Positions 52,801 through 64,000 of a DNA stretch of 64,000 nucleotides are shown here, one piece after another. The notes under the pieces were generated by a model. That model saw nothing but the letters and a program-made list of their open reading frames with translations. It did not search any database and was not told the origin of the DNA. A program made the position numbers and the translations under genes. The stretch is from Eledone cirrhosa (lineage: Eukaryota): NCBI GenBank assembly GCA_964016885.1, contig CAXHJY010000713.1, positions 1 to 64,000 on the forward strand, given 5' to 3'. Numbering within the stretch: the stretch's first letter is position 1; each line of letters begins with the position of its first letter.

Positions 52801-52913
52801 GTCAGGATGGCCGAGCGGTCTAAGGCGCCAGACTCAAGGTGTAGTACCTTAACCAGAACATTGAGTATTCTGGTCCACTAATGTGGGCGTGGGTTCGAAT
52901 CCCACTTCTGACA
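52801..52913 (+). tRNA. trnL-CAA: tRNA-Leu(CAA) (unit 8)
   Basis: Intact; D-loop GGTCTAAG variant. Confidence 0.93.
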
Positions 52914-53716
52914 ATTTGTTTTATGTAATTCTTATATTTCTCTCAACATATTTTACCTCTTAAATATATACGTTTCTTGTTTATGTATTTATCAGAGTGA
53001 TATTCAGTCTTACTTTAAATAATTATATACAGAAACATGTGGTATCAGTTGTATATATGATAATTGGTTTTATATATGAAAACATTATATACACACAACA
53101 TATATCTATATACATGGGTGATATGATACAGAGGACTTGTAGCTGATGTATATAAAAGCACCAGTTGTATTTTATGCTGTTCTACATGCTGGACATGTAG
53201 TGAGTGGTACATATACTACATGTAGTAGTATATATAAAACTGCTATATATACAGGACATGTGGTTGTTGGTGTATATTATAACTGTTTATAGTTATCAAT
53301 TATATTCATACAAATCAATTATTCATTACAACAAATTACAATATATTTTAATCATTATCAACCATAATTAATTATTAATATTCTCTCTTACTAATAAATC
53401 ATTCTAAATTATCATATACTAAATACCTGTAGATACCTGGATAAGACATAATCTGATTTCCCATGTATGTTGTAATGTTTTTCTCTGCCGATGAGCAAGA
53501 CGTCTTAAATACCTAATTCTGAAGACAAAGGTCTTTTAAAACATGTAACTCTGGTCAGTTCTTACTAAGACACAGATGTTGTAAGACCTCAAGGTGTAAA
53601 TCTATAATATAATTGATATGAATTCTACACCATCAGTATATTGTAATTTTTACACACTGACAGTAATTGGATGTTTATGTTTATAAGTCTTTGAAATATT
53701 TCGTCATACATCGGTT

Positions 53717-53822
53717 GTCAGGATTGTCGAGTGGTCTAAGGCGCCAACCACAGGTGTAATACCTTGACCAGATCATTGAGTTTTCTGGTCCACTAATGTG
53801 GTTTCGAATGCAGCTTCTGACA
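53717..53822 (+). pseudogene. tRNA-Leu pseudogene (unit 8)
   Basis: Type Z. Confidence 0.85.
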
Positions 53823-54462
53823 ATTGTTTTGGGTCCATCAAGCCTTTATTTTGCTTGTGCAATTAAGAGTCATTTAAAACTAAACATTATGTTTAATTAA
53901 TAAACGCTGCTTTTAAAATGAACATATCGCACTTCGAAACAATTTATTCAAACTAAGGTGCAACCTTTGAATTTGTCTCATACTGGTGTGTTTTAACTAA
54001 GACAATGAGAGATAAAACACCTCATACTGATAACTAAAATGTCATAATATACCTAATACTGGTCTGTTCTTGCTATAACTAAGACGTCTTAAGACACTTA
54101 AGACGCATTAAAACACATAATACTGGGTAGACCTTGCTATAACTAAGACACCTAATGTTGGTTAGTCTTTACTATAAACAAGACGTATTAAAACACACAC
54201 TATTGGTCAGTCCTTGCTATAATTAACACGTCTTAAGACACCTAATGATAGTCAGTCTTTACTATAACCAAGATGTATTAAAACACATACTACTGATCAG
54301 CGCTTACTATAACCAATACATCTTAACACACTAAGCTGAAGGTGTAAACCTATAATTTATTTTATATGTATTCTCCACCATACAGTATAATGTCCATTTT
54401 ACACAATGCCAGTAGTTGATGTTTATGTTCATGTCTTTGAAATAATTCGTTATACCGCAGTT

Positions 54463-54575
54463 GTCAGGATGGCCGAGCGGTCCAAGGCGCCAGACTCAAG
54501 GTGTAATACCTTAACCAGAACATTGAGTGTTCTGGTCCACTAATGTGGGCGTGGGTTCGAATCCCACTACTGACA
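54463..54575 (+). tRNA. trnL-CAA: tRNA-Leu(CAA) (unit 9), acceptor-stem mismatch
   Basis: 3' end CCCACTACTGACA gives a G.A mismatch; may be impaired. Confidence 0.75.
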
Positions 54576-55381
54576 AATTTTTGTTTTATGTAATTCTTAT
54601 ATTTCTCTCAACATATTTTACCTCTCAAATATATACGTTTCTTGTTTATGTATTTATCAGAGTGATATTCAGTCTTACTTTAAATACTTATATACAGAAA
54701 CATGTGGTATCAGTTGTATATATGATAATTGGTTTTATATATGAAAACATTATATACACACAACATATATCTATATACATGGGTGATATGATACAGAGGA
54801 CTTGTAGCTGATGTATATAAAAGCACCAGTTGTATTTTATGCTGTTCTACATGCTGGACATGTAGTGAGTGGTACATATACCACATGTAGTAGTATATAA
54901 AAAACTGCTATATATACAGGACATGTGGTTGTTGGTGTATATTATAACTGTTTATAGTTATCAATTATATTCATACAAATCAATTATTCATTACAACAAA
55001 TTACAATATATTTTAATCATTATCAACCATAATTAATTATTAATATTCTCTCTTACTAATAAATCATTCTAAATTATCATATACTAAATACCTGTAGATA
55101 CCTGGATAAGACATAATCTGATTTCCCATGTATGTTGTAATGTTTTTCTCTGCCGATGAGCAAGACGTCTTAAATACCTAATTCTGAAGACAAAGGTGTC
55201 TTAAAACATGTAACTCTGGTCAGTTCTTACTAAGACACAGATGTTGTAAGACCTCAAGATGTAAATCTATAATATAATTGATATGTATTCTACACCATCA
55301 GTATATTGTCAATTTTACACACTGACAGTAATTGGATGTTTATGTTTATAAGTCTTTGAAATATTTCGTCATACATCGGTT

Positions 55382-55487
55382 GTCAGGAATGTCGAGTGGT
55401 CTAAGGCGCAAACCACAGGTGTAATACTTTGACCAGAACATTGAGTTTTCTGGTCCACTAATGTGGTTTCGAATGCAGCTTCTGACA
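55382..55487 (+). pseudogene. tRNA-Leu pseudogene (unit 9)
   Basis: Type X. Confidence 0.85.
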
Positions 55488-56127
55488 ATTTTTTTGCGTC
55501 CATTAAGACTTTATTTTGCTTGTGCAATTAAGAGTCATTTAAAACAAAACATTAACTTTAATTAATAAACGCTGCTTTTAAAATGAACATATCGCATTTC
55601 CAAACAATTTATTCAAATTAAGGCGCAATCTTTGAATTGGTCTCAAACTGGTGAGTTTTAACTAAGACAATGAGAGCTAAAACACCTCATGCTGATGACT
55701 GAAATGTCTTAATATACCTAATATTGTTCTGTTCTTGCTATAACTAAGACGTCTTAAGACACTTAAGACGCATTAAAACACATAATACTGGGTAGACCTT
55801 GCTATAACTAAGACACCTAATGCTGGTTAGTCTTTACTATAAACAAGACGTATTAAAACACACAATACTGGTCAGTCCTTACTATAATTAACACGTCTAA
55901 AGACACCTAATGATAGTCAGTCTTTACTATAACCAAGATGTATTAAAACACATACTACTGATCAGCGCTTACTATAACCAATACATCTTAACACACTAAG
56001 CTGAAGGTGTAAACCTATAATTTATTTTATATCTATTCTACACCATACAGTATATTGTCCATTTTACACACTGCCAGTAGTTGATGTTTATGTTCATGTC
56101 TTTGAAATAATTCGTTATACCGCAGTT

Positions 56128-56240
56128 GTCAGGATGGCCGAGCGGTCCAAGGCGCCAGACTCAAGGTGTAGTACCTTATCCAGAACATTGAGTATTCTGG
56201 TCCACTAATGTGGGCGTGGGTTCGAATCCCACTTCTGACA
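56128..56240 (+). tRNA. trnL-CAA: tRNA-Leu(CAA) (unit 10)
   Basis: Intact exons. Confidence 0.93.
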
Positions 56241-57046
56241 AATTTTTGTTTTATGTAATTCTTATATTTCTCTCAACATATTTTACCTCTCAAATATATA
56301 CGTTTCTTGTTTATGTATTTATCAGAGTGATATTCAGTCTTACTTTAAATAATTATATACAGAAACATGTGGTATCAGTTGTATATATGATAATTGGTTT
56401 TATATATGAAAACATTATATACACACAACATATATCTATATACATGGGTGATATGATACAGAGGACTTGTAGCTTATGTATATAAAAGCACCAGTTGTAT
56501 TTTATGCTGTTCTACATGCTGGACATGTAGTGAGTGGTACATATACCACATGTAGTAGTATATATAAAACTGCTATATATACAGGACATGTGGTTGTTGG
56601 TGTATATTATAACTGTTTATAGTTATCAATTATATTCATACAAATCAATTATTCATTACAACAAATTACAATATATTTTAATCATTATCAACCATAATTA
56701 ATTATTAATATTCTCTCTTACTAATAAATCATTCTAAATTATCATATACTAAATACCTGTAGATACCTGGATAAGACATAATCTGATTTCCCATGTATGT
56801 TGTAATGTTTTTCTCTGCCGATGAGCAAGACGTCTTAAATACCTAATTCTGAAGACAAAGGTCTTTTAAAACATGTAACTCTGGTCAGTTCTTACTAAGA
56901 CACAGATGTTGTAAGACCTCAAGGTGTAAATCTATAATATAATTGATATGAATTCTACACCATCAGTATATTGTAATTTTTACACACTGACAGTAATTGG
57001 ATGTTTATGTTTATAAGTCTTTGAAATATTTCGTCATACATCGGTT

Positions 57047-57152
57047 GTCAGGATTGTCGAGTGGTCTAAGGCGCCAACCACAGGTGTAATACCTTGACCA
57101 GATCATTGAGTTTTCTGGTCCACTAATGTGGTTTCGAATGCAGCTTCTGACA
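57047..57152 (+). pseudogene. tRNA-Leu pseudogene (unit 10)
   Basis: Type Z. Confidence 0.85.
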
Positions 57153-57792
57153 ATTTTTTTGGGTCCATCAAGCCTTTATTTTGCTTGTGCAATTAAGAGT
57201 CATTTAAAACTAAACATTATGTTTAATTAATAAACGCTGCTTTTAAAATGAACATATCGCACTTCGAAACAATTTATTCAAACTAAGGTGCAACCTTTGA
57301 ATTTGTCTCATACTGGTGTGTTTTAACTAAGACAATGAGAGATAAAACACCTCATACTGATGACTAAAATGTCATAATATACCTAATACTGGTCTGTTCT
57401 TGCTATAACTAAGACGTCTTAAGACACTTAAGACGCATTAAAACACATAAGACTGGGTAGACCTTGCTATAACTAAGACACCTAATGTTGGTTAGTCTTT
57501 ACTATAAACAAAACGTATTAAAACACACAATATTGGTCAGTCCTTGCTATAATTAACACGTCTTAAGACACCTAATGATAGTCAGTCTTTACTATAACCA
57601 AGATGTATTAAAACACATACTACTGATCAGCGCTTACTATAACCAATACATCTTAACACACTAAGCTGAAGGTTTAAACCTATAATTTATTTTATATGTA
57701 TTCTACACCATACAGTATATTGTCCATTTTACACACTGCCAGTAGTTGATGTTTATGTTCATGTCTTTGAAATAATTCGTTATACCGCAGTT

Positions 57793-57905
57793 GTCAGGAT
57801 GGCCGAGCGGTCTAAGGCGCCAGACTCAAGGTGTAGTACCTTAACCAGAACATTGAGTATTCTGGTCCACTAATGTGGGCGTGGGTTCGAATCCCACTTC
57901 TGACA
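57793..57905 (+). tRNA. trnL-CAA: tRNA-Leu(CAA) (unit 11)
   Basis: Intact; GGTCTAAG variant. Confidence 0.93.
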
Positions 57906-58708
57906 ATTTGTTTTATGTAATTCTTATATTTCTCTCAACATATTTTACCTCTCAAATATATACGTTTCTTGTTTATGTATTTATCAGAGTGATATTCAGT
58001 CTTACTTTAAATAATTATATACAGAAACATGTGGTATCAGTTGTATATATGATAATTGGTTTTATATATGAAAACATTATATACACACAACATATATCTA
58101 TATACATGGGTGATATGATACAGAGGACTTGTAGCTGATGTATATAAAAGCACCAGTTGTATTTTATGCTGTTCTACATGCTGGACATGTAGTGAGTGGT
58201 ACATATACCACATGTAGTAGTATATAAAAAACTGCTATATATACAGGACATGTGGTTGTTGGTGTATATTATAACTGTTTATAGTTAGCAATTATATTCA
58301 TACAAATCAATTATTCATTACAACAAATTACAATATATTTTAATCATTATCAACCATAATTAATTATTAATATTCTCTCTTACTAATAAATCATTCTAAA
58401 TTATCATATACTAAATACCTGTAGATACCTGGATAAGACATAATCTGATTTCCCATGTATGTTGTAATGTTTTTCTCTGCCGATGAGCAAGACGTCTTAA
58501 ATACCTAATTCTGAAGACAAAGGTGTCTTAAAACATGTAACTCTGGTCAGTTCTTACTAAGACACAGATGTTGTAAGACCTCAAGATGTAAATCTATAAT
58601 ATAATTGATATGTATTCTACACCATCAGTATATTGTCAATTTTACACACTGACAGTAATTGGATGTTTATGTTTATAAGTCTTTGAAATATTTCGTCATA
58701 CATCGGTT

Positions 58709-58814
58709 GTCAGGAATGTCGAGTGGTCTAAGGCGCAAACCACAGGTGTAATACTTTGACCAGAACATTGAGTTTTCTGGTCCACTAATGTGGTTTCGAA
58801 TGCAGCTTCTGACA
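58709..58814 (+). pseudogene. tRNA-Leu pseudogene (unit 11)
   Basis: Type X. Confidence 0.85.
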
Positions 58815-59454
58815 ATTTTTTTGAGTCCATTAAGACTTTATTTTGCTTGTGCAATTAAGAGTCATTTAAAACAAAACATTAACTTTAATTAATAAACGCT
58901 GCTTTTAAAATGAACATATCGCATTTCCAAACAATTTATTCAAATTAAGGCGCAATCTTTGAATTGGTCTCAAACTGGTGAGTTTTAACTAAGACAATGA
59001 GAGCTAAAACACCTCATGCTGATGACTGAAATGTCTTAATATACCTAATATTGTTCTGTTCTTGCTATAACTAAGACGTCTTAAGACACTTAAGACGCAT
59101 TAAAACACATAATACTGGGTAGACCTTGCTATAACTAAGACACCTAATGCTGGTTAGTCTTTACTATAAACAAGACGTATTAAAACACACAATACTGGTC
59201 AGTCCTTACTATAATTAACACGTCTAAAGACACCTAATGATAGTCAGTCTTTACTATAACCAAGATGTATTAAAACACATACTACTGATCAGCGCTTACT
59301 ATAACCAATACATCTTAACACACTAAGCTGAAGGTGTAAACCTATAATTTATTTTATATGTATTCTACACCATACAGTATATTGTCCATTTTACACACTG
59401 CCAGTAGTTGATGTTTATGTTCATGTCTTTGAAATAATTCGTTATACCGCAGTT

Positions 59455-59567
59455 GTCAGGATGGCCGAGCGGTCCAAGGCGCCAGACTCAAGGTGTAGTA
59501 CCTTATCCAGAACATTGAGTATTCTGGTCCACTAATGTGGGCGTGGGTTCGAATCCCACTTCTGACA
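59455..59567 (+). tRNA. trnL-CAA: tRNA-Leu(CAA) (unit 12)
   Basis: Intact exons. Confidence 0.93.
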
Positions 59568-60373
59568 AATTTTTGTTTTATGTAATTCTTATATTTCTCT
59601 CAACATATTTTACCTCTCAAATATATACGTTTCTTGTTTATGTATTTATCAGAGTGATATTCAGTCTTACTTTAAATAATTATATACAGAAACATGTGGT
59701 ATCAGTTGTATATATGATAATTGGTTTTATATATGAAAACATTATATACACACAACATATATCTATATACATGGGTGATATGATACAGAGGACTTGTAGC
59801 TTATGTATATAAAAGCACCAGTTGTATTTTATGCTGTTCTACATGCTGGACATGTAGTGAGTGGTACATATACCACATGTAGTAGTATATATAAAACTGC
59901 TATATATACAGGACATGTGGTTGTTGGTGTATATTATAACTGTTTATAGTTATCAATTATATTCATACAAATCAATTATTCATTACAACAAATTACAATA
60001 TATTTTAATCATTATCAACCATAATTAATTATTAATATTCTCTCTTACTAATAAATCATTCTAAATTATCATATACTAAATACCTGTAGATACCTGGATA
60101 AGACATAATCTGATTTCCCATGTATGTTGTAATGTTTTTCTCTGCCGATGAGCAAGACGTCTTAAATACCTAATTCTGAAGACAAAGGTCTTTTAAAACA
60201 TGTAACTCTGGTCAGTTCTTACTAAGACACAGATGTTGTAAGACCTCAAGGTGTAAATCTATAATATAATTGATATGAATTCTACACCATCAGTATATTG
60301 TAATTTTTACACACTGACAGTAATTGGATGTTTATGTTTATAAGTCTTTGAAATATTTCGTCATACATCGGTT

Positions 60374-60479
60374 GTCAGGATTGTCGAGTGGTCTAAGGCG
60401 CCAACCACAGGTGTAATACCTTGACCAGATCATTGAGTTTTCTGGTCCACTAATGTGGTTTCGAATGCAGCTTCTGACA
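60374..60479 (+). pseudogene. tRNA-Leu pseudogene (unit 12)
   Basis: Type Z. Confidence 0.85.
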
Positions 60480-61119
60480 ATTTTTTTGGGTCCATCAAGC
60501 CTTTATTTTGCTTGTGCAATTAAGAGTCATTTAAAACTAAACATTATGTTTAATTAATAAACGCTGCTTTTAAAATGAACATATCGCACTTCGAAACAAT
60601 TTATTCAAACTAAGGTGCAACCTTTGAATTTGTCTCATACTGGTGTGTTTTAACTAAGACAATGAGAGATAAAACACCTCATACTGATGACTAAAATGTC
60701 ATAATATACCTAATACTGGTCTGTTCTTGCTATAACTAAGACGTCTTAAGACACTTAAGACGCATTAAAACACATAAGACTGGGTAGACCTTGCTATAAC
60801 TAAGACACCTAATGTTGGTTAGTCTTTACTATAAACAAAACGTATTAAAACACACAATATTGGTCAGTCCTTGCTATAATTAACACGTCTTAAGACACCT
60901 AATGATAGTCAGTCTTTACTATAACCAAGATGTATTAAAACACATACTACTGATCAGCGCTTACTATAACCAATACATCTTAACACACTAAGCTGAAGGT
61001 TTAAACCTATAATTTATTTTATATGTATTCTACACCATACAGTATATTGTCCATTTTACACACTGCCAGTAGTTGATGTTTATGTTCATGTCTTTGAAAT
61101 AATTCGTTATACCGCAGTT

Positions 61120-61232
61120 GTCAGGATGGCCGAGCGGTCTAAGGCGCCAGACTCAAGGTGTAGTACCTTAACCAGAACATTGAGTATTCTGGTCCACTAA
61201 TGTGGGCGTGGGTTCGAATCCCACTTCTGACA
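61120..61232 (+). tRNA. trnL-CAA: tRNA-Leu(CAA) (unit 13)
   Basis: Intact; GGTCTAAG variant. Confidence 0.93.
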
Positions 61233-62035
61233 ATTTGTTTTATGTAATTCTTATATTTCTCTCAACATATTTTACCTCTCAAATATATACGTTTCTTGTT
61301 TATGTATTTATCAGAGTGATATTCAGTCTTACTTTAAATAATTATATACAGAAACATGTGGTATCAGTTGTATATATGATAATTGGTTTTATATATGAAA
61401 ACATTATATACACACAACATATATCTATATACATGGGTGATATGATACAGAGGACTTGTAGCTGATGTATATAAAAGCACCAGTTGTATTTTATGCTGTT
61501 CTACATGCTGGACATGTAGTGAGTGGTACATATACCACATGTAGTAGTATATAAAAAACTGCTATATATACAGGACATGTGGTTGTTGGTGTATATTATA
61601 ACTGTTTATAGTTAGCAATTATATTCATACAAATCAATTATTCATTACAACAAATTACAATATATTTTAATCATTATCAACCATAATTAATTATTAATAT
61701 TCTCTCTTACTAATAAATCATTCTAAATTATCATATACTAAATACCTGTAGATACCTGGATAAGACATAATCTGATTTCCCATGTATGTTGTAATGTTTT
61801 TCTCTGCCGATGAGCAAGACGTCTTAAATACCTAATTCTGAAGACAAAGGTGTCTTAAAACATGTAACTCTGGTCAGTTCTTACTAAGACACAGATGTTG
61901 TAAGACCTCAAGATGTAAATCTATAATATAATTGATATGTATTCTACACCATCAGTATATTGTCAATTTTACACACTGACAGTAATTGGATGTTTATGTT
62001 TATAAGTCTTTGAAATATTTCGTCATACATCGGTT

Positions 62036-62141
62036 GTCAGGAATGTCGAGTGGTCTAAGGCGCAAACCACAGGTGTAATACTTTGACCAGAACATTGAGT
62101 TTTCTGGTCCACTAATGTGGTTTCGAATGCAGCTTCTGACA
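62036..62141 (+). pseudogene. tRNA-Leu pseudogene (unit 13)
   Basis: Type X. Confidence 0.85.
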
Positions 62142-62781
62142 ATTTTTTTGAGTCCATTAAGACTTTATTTTGCTTGTGCAATTAAGAGTCATTTAAAACA
62201 AAACATTAACTTTAATTAATAAACGCTGCTTTTAAAATGAACATATCGCATTTCCAAACAATTTATTCAAATTAAGGCGCAATCTTTGAATTGGTCTCAA
62301 ACTGGTGAGTTTTAACTAAGACAATGAGAGCTAAAACACCTCATGCTGATGACTGAAATGTCTTAATATACCTAATATTGTTCTGTTCTTGCTATAACTA
62401 AGACGTCTTAAGACACTTAAGACGCATTAAAACACATAATACTGGGTAGACCTTGCTATAACTAAGACACCTAATGCTGGTTAGTCTTTACTATAAACAA
62501 GAAGTATTAAAACACACAATACTGGTCAGTCCTTACTATAATTAACACGTCTAAAGACACCTAATGATAGTCAGTCTTTACTATAACCAAGATGTATTAA
62601 AACACATACTACTGATCAGCGCTTACTATAACCAATACATCTTAACACACTAAGCTGAAGGTGTAAACCTATAATTTATTTTATATCTATTCTACACCAT
62701 ACAGTATATTGTCCATTTTACACACTGCCAGTAGTTGATGTTTATGTTCATGTCTTTGAAATAATTCGTTATACCGCAGTT

Positions 62782-62894
62782 GTCAGGATGGCCGAGCGGT
62801 CCAAGGCGCCAGACTCAAGGTGTAGTACCTTATCCAGAACATTGAGTATTCTGGTCCACTAATGTGGGCGTGGGTTCGAATCCCACTTCTGACA
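62782..62894 (+). tRNA. trnL-CAA: tRNA-Leu(CAA) (unit 14)
   Basis: Intact exons. Confidence 0.93.
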
Positions 62895-63700
62895 AATTTT
62901 TGTTTTATGTAATTCTTATATTTCTCTCAACATATTTTACCTCTCAAATATATACGTTTCTTGTTTATGTATTTATCAGAGTGATATTCAGTCTTACTTT
63001 AAATAATTATATACAGAAACATGTGGTATCAGTTGTATATATGATAATTGGTTTTATATATGAAAACATTATATACACACAACATATATCTATATACATG
63101 GGTGATATGATACAGAGGACTTGTAGCTGATGTATATAAAAGCACCCGTTGTATTTTATGCTGTTCTACATGCTGGACATGTAGTGAGTGGTACATATAC
63201 CACATGTAGTAGTATATATAAAACTGCTATATATACAGGACATGTGGTTGTTGGTGTATATTATAACTGTTTATAGTTATCAATTATATTCATACAAATC
63301 AATTATTCATTACAACAAATTACAATATATTTTAATCATTATCAACCATAATTAATTATTAATATTCTCTCTTACTAATAAATCATTCTAAATTATCATA
63401 TACTAAATACCTGTAGATACCTGGATAAGACATAATCTGATTTCCCATGTATGTTGTAATGTTTTTCTCTGCCGATGAGCAAGACGTCTTAAATACCTAA
63501 TTCTGAAGACAAAGGTGTCTTAAAACATGTAACTCTGGTCAGTTCTTACTAAGACACAGATGTTGTAAGACCTCAAGATGTAAATCTATAATATAATTGA
63601 TATGTATTCTACACCATCAGTATATTGTCAATTTTACACACTGACAGTAATTGGATGTTTATGTTTATAAGTCTTTGAAATATTTCGTCATACATCGGTT

Positions 63701-63806
63701 GTCAGGAATGTCGAGTGGTCTAAGGCGCAAACCACAGGTGTAATACTTTGACCAGAACATTGAGTTTTCTGGTCCACTAATGTGGTTGCGAATGCAGCTT
63801 CTGACA
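63701..63806 (+). pseudogene. tRNA-Leu pseudogene (unit 14)
   Basis: Type X with a further B-box change. Confidence 0.85.
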
Positions 63807-64000
63807 ATTTTTTTGCGTCCATTAAGACTTTATTTTGCTTGTGCAATTAAGAGTCATTTAAAACAAAACATTAACTTTAATTAATAAACGCTGCTTTTAA
63901 AATGAACATATCGCATTTCCAAACAATTTATTCAAATTAAGGCGCAATCTTTGAATTGGTCTCAAACTGGCGAGTTTTAACTAAGACAATGAGAGCTAAA

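Larger units (their letters stand above)
39731..64000 (+). repeat. Tandem array of ~1.66-1.69 kb units, each with tRNA-Leu(CAA), a tRNA pseudogene and a 45-bp minisatellite; open at the right edge
   Basis: Intact-gene spacings 1689, 1691, 1671, 1663, 1665, 1663, 1665, 1662, 1665, 1665, 1662, 1665, 1662 bp. Confidence 0.97.

Noticed and set aside
41176-63130. Repeated ~88-aa MGVGSNPTSDK ORFs
   Set aside because: They start at a GTG inside the tRNA variable/T arm and run into AT-rich spacer. Their recurrence just reflects the tandem unit.

Overview
Eukaryotic, repeat-dominated window with no intact host protein-coding gene. The SINE/LINE families and dense (TA)n/(CA)n tracts suggest a mollusc, probably an octopus (inference). 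It has three zones. (1) 1-12.5 kb is a G-rich 25-bp satellite (GGGGAGTGGATAGGGTGTGTGTT[T/G]A) of about 500 copies, with variant gradients and local higher-order repeats. (2) 12.5-30 kb holds microsatellites and transposon remains: a decayed Naiad-like Penelope element (RT plus GIY-YIG) ending in a degenerate hammerhead, a separate near-canonical minimal hammerhead ribozyme with an apparent retrocopy of its cleavage product, a 5'-truncated RTE LINE with a PHD finger, a CRE-type endonuclease relic, tRNA-derived SINEs and MITEs. (3) 30-64 kb is a cluster of intron-containing tRNA-Leu(CAA) genes. They are first dispersed on both strands with pseudogenes, then from about 39.7 kb form a homogenised ~1.66-1.69 kb tandem array running off the window. 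Each unit carries one essentially intact tRNA-Leu(CAA), one fixed pseudogene copy and a 45-bp minisatellite. Most ORFs in the supplied track are microsatellite artefacts.
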